Assembly (NCBI GenBank): GCA_965215885.1
Contig: CBDCEW010000089.1
Location: 1-64,000 of the forward strand
DNA length: 64,000 nucleotides
From: Candidatus Moanibacter sp.
GTDB taxonomy: Bacteria; Verrucomicrobiota; Verrucomicrobiia; Opitutales; UBA2987
Reading direction: 5' to 3'
A model generated the notes under the pieces. It had not been told where the DNA came from, searched no databases, and saw only the letters and a list, made by a program, of their open reading frames with translations. Of the stretch, positions 30,169-41,649 are shown one piece after another (the first letter of the stretch is position 1; each line of letters opens with the position of its first letter). The position numbers and the translations under genes are program-made.

Positions 30169-31425
30169 TCACGACCTTCCAATACAGTATAGACTCTCGC
30201 CCGTCCGTATATACAGCTTTCCTTGCGAAGCGACGATGGAGGAGCGGCAGGGGTACTCTCCCATCTCGATTCTTGATAGGATCCTGAGTTCATCTGTGGC
30301 TGCCAGAACAACGACTTCACCATCTGCGCTGATACAGTAGATTTTTCCATCGGCGGCCATTGGCGAAGCGCGCAGAAAAGTTCGCACTTCGAGTGGAGTC
30401 TGCCAGATGACTTTTCCCGTTACCGGGTTCAGGCTCGTGATAACCTTTCTCTTACCCGCCAGTAGGAAGAGCCGGTCCTTGTAATAAACAGGGGTAGGAA
30501 TATCCGCTGTGGGATGGTCAAAGGTCCAGGCCAGTTTCGGAACTTTCTCTCCAAGCCGCAAGGCATAGAGAGGCGCCAATTGAGGCGCGTTTATGTAGAC
30601 GAATCCGTCTCCCACCACTGGAGATGCCACGGCCCGGAAATTCTCGCGTCTATGTGGATTAAGTGTACCCCATCGCCAGCGCTCCGAACCTGAGAGTGGG
30701 TCGTGCGCGGTCAAATGGTCGCCCCCAAGAATCAGGATGAGTGATTCCTTACCGTTTCGGAGTGGTAGTGGTGTCGTGTAGGCCTCGCGAGATTCCGCGC
30801 GGGCGTCTGATCTCCTTGATATTTTCCAGATATTCTCGCCCGTCGCCGGATCGATGCAGAGCACATAGGCATCGCTTCGATGCAGGACCTGCACGTAGAG
30901 CCGATTATCATAAAGAAGCGGACTACTGGCATAACCCCAGTTGATACTGAACTTCCCATACTCGTCCTGAAAATTCCGGTGCCAGATTGCGCGGCCGTTC
31001 AGGTCAAAGGCCGCCAGGTCGCCTGTGCCAAAGAGGAAGATGGCCCTCTTTCCATCGGATACTGCGGATGGTTCAGTCATAAAGTTTTCGCGTCCATAGC
31101 CCTGATTCAGTTCTCCATATCCAATTGGAATATTCCATAAGACTTTGCCTCCTTTACGGTCCAGGGCCATAGCGGAAATTTCGGACGATGTGCGGTCGAG
31201 TGCGGTGATGAAAATGAAATCACCAACGACTGCCGGGGTTGCGGAACTCGGCCCCGGCAAAGGCGTCTTCCATAGGACATTCTCCGTCGTGCTCCAATTT
31301 ACGGGGAGATTGGTTTCGTTTGTGGAGCCGTTGAAATCGGGCCCTCGAAACTGTGGCCAGTCGGCTGCTTCGATACCGTAGAATGAGCATGCAACGATGA
31401 TCGTAGTTAGGATTTCCCTCTTCAT
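30169..31425 (-). CDS. PQQ-like beta-propeller protein
   Basis: Signal peptide, DWPQFRGP, repeated D..TG...W, ASSP. Confidence 0.9.
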   Translation of the reverse strand: MKREILTTIIVACSFYGIEAADWPQFRGPDFNGSTNETNLPVNWSTTENVLWKTPLPGPSSATPAVVGDFIFITALDRTSSEISAMALDRKGGKVLWNIPIGYGELNQGYGRENFMTEPSAVSDGKRAIFLFGTGDLAAFDLNGRAIWHRNFQDEYGKFSINWGYASSPLLYDNRLYVQVLHRSDAYVLCIDPATGENIWKISRRSDARAESREAYTTPLPLRNGKESLILILGGDHLTAHDPLSGSERWRWGTLNPHRRENFRAVASPVVGDGFVYINAPQLAPLYALRLGEKVPKLAWTFDHPTADIPTPVYYKDRLFLLAGKRKVITSLNPVTGKVIWQTPLEVRTFLRASPMAADGKIYCISADGEVVVLAATDELRILSRIEMGEYPCRSSIVASQGKLYIRTGESLYCIGRS

Positions 31426-31553
31426 GATGGTAATCGGAAGTTTGTTCTATTCGTTTGTTTGACGTCGACTTTTTGAGCCTTGCAGCTTTCCGTGAAAGCA
31501 CCATTACATACCGGGCGAGCGACGACATCAACACAATTTGCCCACCTACATCG

Positions 31554-32675
31554 ATGCCCCTTCCTAGAGACCTTCCCCTCCACACCGTGACGCTCAGGGT
31601 CGAACAACTGCGGGAGGTGGGAACTCGATTACTTCTTGCGCCGGAATTGGGTGTAGATACCGAATCTGCGCAGGCGGTCACGGATGAGTTGGTTAAGGCG
31701 GAGATGGCTGGGTATCCAAGCCACGGGTTTTCCCGGTTCGTGCGATATGTGCAATACATTCTTGGCGGCCATATCAATCCGAAAGCCGGCATCGAAGTCA
31801 TTCCAACGAGGAAGAACGGCGGCGCCATCGTGGACGGCAATTTTCATTTTGGACAGGTGATCATGCGAAGAGTCGTAGAGGTCGCACTCGAAGGGATGAA
31901 GCAAAATGCCGTCTTCACCGTAATCGTTAGGAGAGCCAACCACATCGGCCGTCTCGCATCCTATTTAGAGATGGCTGCCGAAGAGGGATTTATTGCCAAG
32001 GCCGAGGCTAATGTGGTCGGTCAGCCGAGAGTAGTGCCCTATGGGAGCATTGAGTCGCGCCTCGGGACGGAGCCGCACGGTGCGGCAGTTCCTTGCGGAG
32101 ATGATCCACCCCTCGTCTATGACGCCTCAACGGCCTCCATCGTGGAAGGGAATTGCAACATCCTGCGGATGGCGGGTTTGCCGGTGCCGAAGGGTCTGCT
32201 ATTGGACTGTTGTGGAATTCCGACCGTCGATCCAATGGTTTTATATCTTGACGACGAAAAGCGCGGGGGAATACTCCCACTCGGACTCGCGGAGCTGGGA
32301 TACCGCGGATCGGGACACGCTGTTCTGATCAATGCCGTGACTGGAATTTTAGCCCAAACCGGTTTCGGCAAACTTCAGCGTGTAACCGGGACCAACGGGG
32401 TGTGGTTCAATCTGACCGATTTGCGAGAGTTTGTCGATTATGATGATTATGTGCGAGATTTGAAGAGCTACATCGATTATCTGAAGAGTTCAAAACGAGC
32501 GGATCCGAGTGTGCCGATCCTGCTCCCCGGGGAAGGATCGAGGCAGCGCTCGGCTGAGGCGGAGGTGAATGGCGTCCGGCTCCCTCATATCGTTTGGGAG
32601 GAAACAAAAAACACGGCGAACCGAGTGGGCGTTTCGCTCGATGACATCGTCCCAATCTCGGAGTCGACTACTTGA
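31554..32675 (+). CDS. Ldh_2-family (type 2 malate/lactate-like) oxidoreductase
   Basis: GYPSHG, VDGNFHFGQ, NHIGRL, LGTEP, LLPGE. Confidence 0.88.
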   Translation: MPLPRDLPLHTVTLRVEQLREVGTRLLLAPELGVDTESAQAVTDELVKAEMAGYPSHGFSRFVRYVQYILGGHINPKAGIEVIPTRKNGGAIVDGNFHFGQVIMRRVVEVALEGMKQNAVFTVIVRRANHIGRLASYLEMAAEEGFIAKAEANVVGQPRVVPYGSIESRLGTEPHGAAVPCGDDPPLVYDASTASIVEGNCNILRMAGLPVPKGLLLDCCGIPTVDPMVLYLDDEKRGGILPLGLAELGYRGSGHAVLINAVTGILAQTGFGKLQRVTGTNGVWFNLTDLREFVDYDDYVRDLKSYIDYLKSSKRADPSVPILLPGEGSRQRSAEAEVNGVRLPHIVWEETKNTANRVGVSLDDIVPISESTT

Positions 32676-32680
32676 ATCAA

Positions 32681-33502
32681 ATGAAGAACAAATTCACGCT
32701 GAAATACGCGCCGCACTTTGGTATGTTTAAAGAGAGCGCAGGCGACAGTCTGACTGATCAGCTTAAGTTTTCGTCGGATGTCGGATTTTCCGCTTTCGAA
32801 GATAATCAGATGCCGAAGCGCGAGGTTTCGGTGCAAAACCAGGTTGCGTCAGAAATGGAGCGACTCGAAATGGAAATGGGAGTATTCGTGGCGTCGGCGA
32901 GTTTCACGGACGTGACCTTCGCAGGGGACGATAAAGATGCGAAGGAGAGAGTTGTAGCCGATATGGAAAATGCCGTCGAGGTCGCCAAGAGAGTGAACGC
33001 CAGGTGGTGCACCGTCGTGCCCGGTCTCTACGACCTGAAGCTGGACTGGGACTATCAGACCGTGAATGTCGTCGATCTTCTCAAGCGTTGTTGCGAAATA
33101 TGCGAAGAAACAGGTCTCGTCATGGTGCTGGAGCCGCTCAACCGGCTCATTAATCACCCGCGTGTGTTTCTCGCCAAGGCTTCTCAGGCATACATGATTT
33201 GCAAGGCGGTCGATCACCCATGTTGTAAGATTCTTCACGATATCTATCATCAGCAGATTACGGAAGGTAATCTGATTCCCAATATCGAGCAGTGCTATTC
33301 CGAAATACCGTATTTTCAGTCTGGAGATAACCCCGGGCGTAAGGAACCGACGACGGGAGAGATCAACTATCGAAATGTATTTCGGTTCATCCATGAGAAG
33401 GGTTACGAGGGTCTGGTGGGAATGGAACACGGCAACAGCCGCCCGGGACGGGAGGGAGAACAGGCTGTGATTGATGCCTACGTGGAATGTGATGCTTTTT
33501 AA
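32681..33502 (+). CDS. hyi: Hydroxypyruvate isomerase family protein
   Basis: LEPLN, DIYHQQ, DNPGRKEPTTGEINY, GMEH. Confidence 0.85.
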   Translation: MKNKFTLKYAPHFGMFKESAGDSLTDQLKFSSDVGFSAFEDNQMPKREVSVQNQVASEMERLEMEMGVFVASASFTDVTFAGDDKDAKERVVADMENAVEVAKRVNARWCTVVPGLYDLKLDWDYQTVNVVDLLKRCCEICEETGLVMVLEPLNRLINHPRVFLAKASQAYMICKAVDHPCCKILHDIYHQQITEGNLIPNIEQCYSEIPYFQSGDNPGRKEPTTGEINYRNVFRFIHEKGYEGLVGMEHGNSRPGREGEQAVIDAYVECDAF

Positions 33503-33593
33503 ACTTGGAGATTTCCAATTCCGACTCACCGAGAATGGGTAGCTGACTTGACTTTATTATCATCGTGCGCGGGTACCTGTTTAGCGTTTCTGA

Positions 33594-33782
33594 GGCTGCC
33601 CCGGTCTTGTGCCGGGGCGGCGCACGATATTCAGCTACAATACGCGATTGCCACCGCGCACCCCTCCACCGATCCTTTCTCGCCTCAGCCGGAACACGGC
33701 TGAGGCGAGAAAGGATCGGTGGAGGGGTTGGTAGAGGCACACGGTTTATAGCAGGGAACGCGCGCCACCCCGGCACAAGACC
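33594..33782. repeat. Nested palindrome (REPIN-like), right arm truncated
   Basis: Outer arms homologous to 17289-17485. Perfect 32-bp inner hairpin at 33660-33728. Confidence 0.8.
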
Positions 33783-34522
33783 CATCGTTCTGAATTTCGG
33801 TTGGCACGCAAATTGCGTGGAGTTCTCTGGTTAGAGCATGAAGAAAATGGGGAGCAGAGGGAGGGCACTGGAGTCGTTGTCAGGAGGCAATCCGATGGGG
33901 TTGCGGGTTTAAGGATTGATCCTGGCGATTACAGACTTCGAAGAGTTCCTCAAGGAAGTTTTCTTTTCGCAGGAGCTTTTTGGGCAATCGACCCACGGCG
34001 AGGGTTTTTCTGTTCGCCCGCCAGTGACTGAAGGGGGGTGCTTTCTGTGCAGCCTGGGCAAGCTTTTGGGGCAGATTATCGATACTGCCTAAAACCAGCT
34101 CCACATAGCGGGGATTGTGTAAGTTGGCCAGGAGCATGTATTCTTCGGGGAGCGCTTCAAAGTCGCGCGTCAGATTTTTGCGCCCGTGGGTTTGACGGCG
34201 TTTGCGCTTGGAGGTGCGCCAGGTGCCTTCCAGCTCATTGGTCGTGCGTACGCTGTCTGGATGGGCCGGTGGGGGAAGCAGCCGCTGCCAGTATTTGTCC
34301 AGATGAGTGACCACGGTGCGGTAGAGTTTGGCTTTCGAGGGGTTGGTCAGGGAGGCGCCTTTTTGGCGATATTGGGCACGCAGCAACTGGAGAGCCTCGG
34401 TGAGCTCAGCGGCTTGTCCTGCTTGCAACAGATAAGGGTCGCTTAAAGGGCAGGGGCCGCTGGCGCTGAGCCAAAGGGCATCGCGCAAAGCGCTGAAAAT
34501 GCAAAAAGCGTTTTCATAGATA

Positions 34523-36438
34523 GACCCCATTCGAAAAGCCTTTCGAGCGGGCGGTTTAAGGTTCTCCGCCACGGGCGGACCAGCCTATGGCTGGCAGGTT
34601 TCGGGTTTTAGGCTGCCGGCGCTGCCGATGAGCAGGTATTGAGCGGCCATCGGCGTGGCTTGCTGCACAATACGTATATTTGCCGCTGTCTGGAGGCATA
34701 CTCATCCCGTGGTGCTTTTTTCTCTGAGCTTCAAAGCGGTCAGATTCAGGCTGCCTGTTCCAGTTCCTCCCCTCGGCGTTTCTTCATCAGTATGATGCGG
34801 CAGAAGTTGTAGGCCAGAACCTTCTCGAGCAGTTCATCGCCTACCGCATCGATGCCGCGGCGGCCGAGTTCGCCAAAGGCAAATCCATCTTTAATCGTGA
34901 ACATCAGCGACTCCACTGCGGAGCGATCGCGGCGTGCCTCGCGATACGCCTCGCTCTCCCAGTCCTCGGGGGTGGTCAACTTCTTGCCCTTCGCCCCACT
35001 GATACTGATCTGCTTTACCCCCATGCTCAGCACCTCCTTGCGTCCCTTCGCCGAAGCATATCCGTCATCGGTGCTGACCAGTTCAGCAATGACACCGGTG
35101 CGCTTGATCGAATCGCCGATGGCCGGCGCCAGCTCAATGGAGTCTGCCGCGTTGCCTTGCGGTACGATCAGGCTGGTGACAAAACCGTTTTCGCTGCGAA
35201 CCAGTTGTGGCTTGTACCCGATCACTGGATTGCGGCTGCCCTTCTTGATGTAGGCCGCCGATCCGTCCGAGAGGCTCAGGACCTTCTGTGTGGACGGTAG
35301 CTTCTTTTCGTGAAACACCCGATCATGAGCATACTCAACAACCCGCTTGGCGTCGGCAATATCGCCCCTGATCTGGCTCAATGCCCGCTCCAGAAGCTCC
35401 CGGCGAGTGGGAGGCAGTGAATCCATCGACAGGCCCTCTTCAAGATGGCTCAGTTCCCCCGTTAGTGAGTCGGCCGCCTTGCGGCCCCGCTTGAGCAACC
35501 GCCGGTAGTGTTTCTTCAGCTTGCCCTTCGACTTCGGTTTGCCCGCGGCCAGACAAATCTGAAACTCCAGCTTGTCCATTTCCTCCAGCCAACGCCCAAC
35601 CCATCCCTTGCGAAAATCCTCCAGCCCGAAGACATGCAACTTCTGACCCAAACGATTGGCCCGCATCAAAAGACCGCTCAGAATCTTCCCATCGGTGGGC
35701 CAGCAGCTGTTTGCTTTCACCGAGGTGCTGTCGATCGTCAGCTTCCCGAAATCGTCCCATTGCTCCTGGAGGATAAACCCAATCTGTTTATCAAAGATCA
35801 ACTCGCGGGTCGTATGGCTGACCAGGTTCACGTTCTCCAGAATCGTCGTCACCGCCGGCATTCTCAGTCCCCCGCTCTGCAAAAATCCGTACAAGCTCAT
35901 CGACTCGCGCACAAACCGCCGTGCCGGTTTCGTGGTCAACGAACCCAGAAACCCTCGAATCATCACGAACACGTATACCGCATAAGCCGGCATCCGCGGC
36001 CGGCCTGCCCCAAGATTCAATTCAGCAGCCAGAATATTCTCCTCCTCGATGTCCAGCTCCGGCAGCTCCGCTGTGCGCCCTTCAAAGAACCTTCGATCTT
36101 CCAATCGAAGTTTCTTCTTCTCACGCGCATGGGCGTCCAGATCCTTCTCGATCGCCTCGATGATTTGCGCCGCGAACCCGGCCAATTCTTCAACTTCATC
36201 CAGAAAATCACGGAAATCCGTGTCTGGAACCGGCAGAATGAGGTTGCTAAGGGGCGTCTTATCGCTTTTGTTCTCCTCTGTCGCACATGTTGGCATGTTT
36301 AACTCATTTCTTAATCTTAAGTTGTTAAACACTAGCATATTGCGACACTTTTTATCAAGCCAAAAATGATTTTTCTCAAGTTTTTCTTGCGCCTTTTGCG
36401 CCTCTTTGCGGCAAATCAGTAGCTTTTCGGATAAGGTC
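34523..36438 (-). mobile_element. ISNCY-type IS, copy 1 (1916 bp)
   Basis: TIRs GACCCCATTCGAAAAGC / GACCTTATCCGAAAAGC. TAGATA at 34517-34522. Confidence 0.9.
34746..36296 (-). CDS. DDE transposase (ISNCY/IS5-like), intact
   Basis: GRP, IDST.VKAN..WPTD, STDDGY, RSAVES. Confidence 0.88.
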   Translation of the reverse strand: MPTCATEENKSDKTPLSNLILPVPDTDFRDFLDEVEELAGFAAQIIEAIEKDLDAHAREKKKLRLEDRRFFEGRTAELPELDIEEENILAAELNLGAGRPRMPAYAVYVFVMIRGFLGSLTTKPARRFVRESMSLYGFLQSGGLRMPAVTTILENVNLVSHTTRELIFDKQIGFILQEQWDDFGKLTIDSTSVKANSCWPTDGKILSGLLMRANRLGQKLHVFGLEDFRKGWVGRWLEEMDKLEFQICLAAGKPKSKGKLKKHYRRLLKRGRKAADSLTGELSHLEEGLSMDSLPPTRRELLERALSQIRGDIADAKRVVEYAHDRVFHEKKLPSTQKVLSLSDGSAAYIKKGSRNPVIGYKPQLVRSENGFVTSLIVPQGNAADSIELAPAIGDSIKRTGVIAELVSTDDGYASAKGRKEVLSMGVKQISISGAKGKKLTTPEDWESEAYREARRDRSAVESLMFTIKDGFAFGELGRRGIDAVGDELLEKVLAYNFCRIILMKKRRGEELEQAA

Positions 36439-36444
36439 ATTCTA

Positions 36445-38356
36445 GACCCCATTCGAAAAGCCTTTCGAGCGGGCGGTTTAAGGTTCTCCGCCACGGGCGG
36501 ACCAGCCTATGGCTGGCAGGTTTCGGGTTTTAGGCTGCCGGCGCTGCCGATGAGCAGGTATTGAGCGGCCATCGGCGTGGCTTGCTGCACAATACGTATA
36601 TTTGCCGCTGTCTGGAGGCATACTCATCCCGTGGTGCTTTTTTCTCTGAGCTTCAAAGCGGTCAGATTCAGGCTGCCTGTTCCAGTTCCTCCCCTCGGCG
36701 TTTCTTCATCAGTATGATGCGGCAGAAGTTGTAGGCCAGAACCTTCTCGAGCAGTTCATCGCCTACCGCATCGATGCCGCGGCGGCCGAGTTCGCCAAAG
36801 GCAAATCCATCTTTAATCGTGAACATCAGCGACTCCACTGCGGAGCGATCGCGGCGTGCCTCGCGATACGCCTCGCTCTCCCAGTCCTCGGGGGTGGTCA
36901 ACTTCTTGCCCTTCGCCCCACTGATACTGATCTGCTTTACCCCCATGCTCAGCACCTCCTTGCGTCCCTTCGCCGAAGCATATCCGTCATCGGTGCTGAC
37001 CAGTTCAGCAATGACACCGGTGCGCTTGATCGAATCGCCGATGGCCGGCGCCAGCTCAATGGAGTCTGCCGCGTTGCCTTGCGGTACGATCAGGCTGGTG
37101 ACAAAACCGTTTTCGCTGCGAACCAGTTGTGGCTTGTACCCGATCACTGGATTGCGGCTGCCCTTCTTGATGTAGGCCGCCGATCCGTCCGAGAGGCTCA
37201 GGACCTTCTGTGTGGACGGTAGCTTCTTTTCGTGAAACACCCGATCATGAGCATACTCAACAACCCGCTTGGCGTCGGCAATATCGCCCCTGATCTGGCT
37301 CAATGCCCGCTCCAGAAGCTCCCGGCGAGTGGGAGGCAGTGAATCCATCGACAGGCCCTCTTCAAGATGGCTCAGTTCCCCCGTTAGTGAGTCGGCCGCC
37401 TTGCGGCCCCGCTTGAGCAACCGCCGGTAGTGTTTCTTCAGCTTGCCCTTCGACTTCGGTTTGCCCGCGGCCAGACAAATCTGAAACTCCAGCTTGTCCA
37501 TTTCCTCCAGCCAACGCCCAACCCATCCCTTGCGAAAATCCTCCAGCCCGAAGACATGCAACTTCTGACCCAAACGATTGGCCCGCATCAAAAGACCGCT
37601 CAGAATCTTCCCATCGGTGGGCCAGCAGCTGTTTGCTTTCACCGAGGTGCTGTCGATCGTCAGCTTCCCGAAATCGTCCCATTGCTCCTGGAGGATAAAC
37701 CCAATCTGTTTATCAAAGATCAACTCGCGGGTCGTATGGCTGACCAGGTTCACGTTCTCCAGAATCGTCGTCACCGCCGGCATTCTCAGTCCCCCGCTCT
37801 GCAAAAATCCGTACAAGCTCATCGACTCGCGCACAAACCGCCGTGCCGGTTTCGTGGTCAACGAACCCAGAAACCCTCGGCATCACGAACACGTATACCG
37901 CATAAGCCGGCATCCGCGGCCGGCCTGCCCCAAGATTCAATTCAGCAGCCAGAATATTCTCCTCCTCGATGTCCAGCTCCGGCAGGTCCGCTGTGCGCCC
38001 TTCAAAGAACCTTCGATCTTCCAATCGAAGTTTCTTCTTCTCACGCGCATGGGCGTCCTCCTTCTCGATCGCCTCGATGATTTGCGCCGCGAACCCGGCC
38101 AATTCTTCAACTTCATCCAGAAAATCACGGAAATCCGTGTCTGGAACCGGCAGAATGAGGTTGCTAAGGGGCGTCTTATCGCTTTTGTTCTCCTCTGTCG
38201 CACATGTTGGCATGTTTAACTCCTTTCTTAATCTTAGGTTGTTAAACACTAGCAATGTTGCGACACTTTTTATCAAGCCAAAAATGATTTTTCTCAAGTT
38301 TTTCTTGCGCCTTTTGCGCCTCTTTGCGGCCAATCAGTAGCTTTTCGGATAAGGTC
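36445..38356 (-). mobile_element. ISNCY-type IS, copy 2 (1912 bp)
   Basis: Near-identical to copy 1. 6-bp spacer ATTCTA between copies. TAGATA at 38357-38362. Confidence 0.9.
36668..38213 (-). pseudogene. Second transposase copy with small indels
   Basis: Indels near 37880 and 38058 relative to copy 1. Confidence 0.8.
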
Positions 38357-40571
38357 TAGATAGTAGCGGCTTCGATGACGAGGGCATCAGCCAGATACTG
38401 CTTCAACCCGGTCGAAAGATGAAAGAAGCTTCGCAGAACAGAGCAACTGGCAGGAGCGCGGGCAAGCCACTGCTCCAGGGCGGCATGGGCGCGCACGACC
38501 CGCCGATGCCAATAAAGCAGGTAAGGATCGAAGGGAAAGCCCTGGCGGTGACCGTCGCAGGGATAATCCAAAATCCACAATTGCAGGGCCATGAGCAGTT
38601 CCCGTGCAAGGGTGGGATCGAAGGGCACTGCGAGCGCTTTGGCGGTGAGCAAATCGGCCAGGACGAGGGCGTGTTTTTCACGGAGGGCGTCACGGAGCTT
38701 TGCGGTGATGTGTTTGCGTTGCGCGCGCATGCGCTCCATGAGCTTCAATTGCCGCAAGCGCCCGTTGAGCATCTGCTGGGGTTTTCGATAAAGCTGTTCG
38801 CCCACATTGCGGGCGAAATGATAATGGCAGACGCCATGGGGGGCCTGGAAGGTTTCGCTCTCGCAGGCCTTGCTGATCTGAGCGCTTAAATCATGATAGA
38901 CATGGTGGGGTTGGCCAAAAGCCCGGGCCGCCCGGGCAAAACAGCCACTGATCGTTTCGCTCTGTTCGGAAGGCATTTTCCAGCTGCCCAAAAGGATCCC
39001 TTCGTCGGCTTCCTGAACAGCGAAGAAAACCGGCGTCTGCGGTTCCACGGTCCCATCCACCAGCCAGCGCAGGCAAGGGCGAGCGCTCAGGTAATCTTTA
39101 AGCACCGGAGCGGCCGCGGCGTGCAGCCGACCCAGATAAAAAAGAAACTTCTGCTGCATCTCATAGAGGCTGCTTTGAGCAATCTGCAGCTGCCCCGGGC
39201 CCTCGCGCAGTTCCCTGTGCACCTCTTTGAGGGTGGCGCTTTCGCACAAACATCGCTTGCCCACATAGGCAATCAGATCGTAAGCGTAGCGACTATGCGA
39301 GGGCACGATCTGTTCCAGGCGAGCAGAACGGTAGCTGTTGCGGTGGCTCCCTTGCCCCTGCTCGCGCACAACTTCCACCGCCTGGAAGCATCCATAGGAG
39401 AAACTGACCACCTTGCGGCGCAGGGTCTTGCGCACCTCTGAAGGACCCTCTTCGTCCTCCCGGGCATCGAAGCGATAACTCGTTTGCGCAGGCACAGCCC
39501 CCACCGTTTGCAGGGCCCGTTCAGCCTCTGCCCGCAAATCATGTAACAGCTCCGCTACCGCGATCGGTCCGGTTTTTTTTGAGCGAGTAAAACGCCATCA
39601 CCCGCTCAATTTGCTCCCCGCTCAGCTCTACTCCCTGCTCTTGCATAAGCTCGACAAGCTCCTTGACCCCGGCCTCGGGATGGCCGATACAGGCGACCAG
39701 CAAAGCGATCACGACCATCGTTTCGAGCCCTTCGGGAGCTGCCTGCAAAGCGCCCCCGGGGTCCCCTGCCTGAACTTGTGCCGCTGTTCTTCGCCCTTGC
39801 CGCCGCTTTTTCTGTTCGGCCCCGCCCTGTTCCCCGGCCGAGACATACACGCAGTGACGCCCTTCATAGTATCGACTCAACCGCTTCTTTCTACAAAGCA
39901 CGCTTATGGGGTTGTGCACCCGTACCCCAAGGAGGGTCTCCAACTCAGCCACCGTGTAGCCGCAAAGCGAAGCTCCCACCACCGCCTCCACGGTCTCCTC
40001 CAAGGTGCCGTGGCGCGAAAAGCGCCCCTTGCGAAAACGCCACAAACCGGCCCCGTCAAAGCGCGGAATGTCTTTCAAGCTCAGGTAGCCACAATTGGCA
40101 TTGTAACTGGAGTAATGGCCATATTTTTGCAAAGCCCGATAGACCGTTCGCCGCGACACCCTCTGCTCCTTCATCAGCCTCCACACCGTGCTTACCCGAT
40201 CCCGCCGTACCGCTTCGACCACCTCCCTCTCTTTACGCGAAAGCTCTTCTTGCATGCACCGGCACAGTATGGAAAGGAGGCAAAACTGCAAACTTTATTT
40301 TACATACAATGCCAATACCAACTTTCTCCAGCTCCCTTCGCTTCTACTCAATTGCCACCAGAAATCAACTCCCCGTTCAAAGCGCTTTTGTAACTGATTA
40401 ATACTCAACAAGTTTCTAACTGAAAACAAACCTGCAGGAAAAGCTCTCTACCTCTAACGAACCCACACACAACAATCGTTGAAACTCCATTCTGGCATAC
40501 TATGTAATCAATAGAATCTTGCAAGTGCCTGAATAACATTTACTTTGGGTTCTCCAACCCAATTTCGTAAT

Positions 40572-41059
40572 TATGGAGTCTTGCGTGGGCCATCCGGATC
40601 AGCATGGTGCTGCTGGTTGTCGCCCAGATTCTCGGCATCCTGATCATTCTTAACGGCATTCCAAAAGTGATCGACTTCCAGACTGGGGAGTTCATTAGCG
40701 GGGGCACCAGGTCTGCCTACATCTTCGGTGAGGCGGGCGACATGAAGGTACCCCATGCACTCACTTTGCACGCCGTGCAAGTGCTGCCGGTGTTGGCTTG
40801 GCTGCTGCTCTTTACAAACTGGAGAGAAATCCGACGTACCCGGGTCGTCATTGTGGCAGCTCTAGGCTACACCGGGCTGGTTGCGGTAAGCGCCTTTCAG
40901 TCGTTCAGTGGATTGGCAACGTTTGATCTGAACCTGCTGGCTGCACTGGTGCTTGGGATTGGTTTAGTCAGCCTCGGGGCTGCCTACGTCATGGCGCTGA
41001 TCGGGGTCCAGCAGGCCATGGCGCAGAAAGCACCCGAGGGGGCAGTTGCGGGAAACTAG
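40572..41059 (+). pseudogene. 5'-truncated membrane protein
   Basis: Reading frame starts abruptly at the element end (LAWAIRISM...). GDMKVPHALTLHAVQVLP. Precedes an ABA4-like gene. Confidence 0.65.
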
Positions 41060-41070
41060 GAGAAGCCACA

Positions 41071-41490
41071 ATGGAAACGATATTCTCACTGAGCTTCTTG
41101 CTCGTCGCGCCGTTTTGGTTCCTGATGATCCTTGTGCCCCATTGGCACTGGACATCCCGTATCATGCGATCGCCGCTAGTCGTCGCGCCGGCTGCCGCTT
41201 TCTACCTTGTGCTCGTGCTGCCGCAATTTGTCACAGTCTTCCTGGTGGTGCTCAACCCAACACTCCCTACCGTTGCAGCACTGCTCGGCGCTGAGACCGG
41301 CGCCACGATCGCCTGGGTGCACTTTCTGGCCTTCGACCTGTTTGTGGGGCGCTGGGCCTACCTCGACAGCTTGGAGCGGAGCATCAGCGCCTGGGTCATG
41401 GCGCCAGTACTGTTTTTCACGCTGATGTTAGGGCCAATCGGTTTCCTTCTCTACCTCGGGTTGCGAGATGTGTTGAGGCGGAATCGATAG
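41071..41490 (+). CDS. ABA4-like (DUF4281) membrane protein
   Basis: PFW.LMI..P.W..T, WVHFLAFDLFVGRW, GPIG. Confidence 0.88.
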   Translation: METIFSLSFLLVAPFWFLMILVPHWHWTSRIMRSPLVVAPAAAFYLVLVLPQFVTVFLVVLNPTLPTVAALLGAETGATIAWVHFLAFDLFVGRWAYLDSLERSISAWVMAPVLFFTLMLGPIGFLLYLGLRDVLRRNR

Positions 41491-41649
41491 TGGCGCTTTA
41501 AACCATTCCCAGGTTCACGCGAACGGTCAGCTAGTGGTTCAAGCTTCTCGTTCAGACAGGGTTTTCACTGGAACATGTGGGGGAGCCACGACCTCACCCC
41601 AGATTTTGCATTGCAAAATCCCTATAAATTCTGTGAAACAGAATTTATC

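Larger units (their letters stand above)
33880..40255 (-). pseudogene. Large DDE transposase in three pieces (39539-40255, 38357-39580, 33880-34516)
   Basis: VDGT, HDLS, CHYH, RTTNELE. Reads ...EAATI|YENAF... across the IS insertion. Frame change at the A8 tract 39573-39580. Confidence 0.78.
33787..40571 (-). mobile_element. Large Mutator/IS256-like element (about 2.9 kb when reconstructed), interrupted by an IS dimer
   Basis: Weak IRs GTTCTGAATTTCGGTTGG / ATTACGAAATTGGGTTGG (13/18). Neighbours are truncated on both sides. No TSD seen. Confidence 0.6.

Noticed and set aside
36297..36494. N-terminal extension MAENLKPPARK of the transposase (also at 34523-34572)
   Set aside because: It reads through the IS end and junction. 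The real start is likely MPTC, downstream of an RBS.
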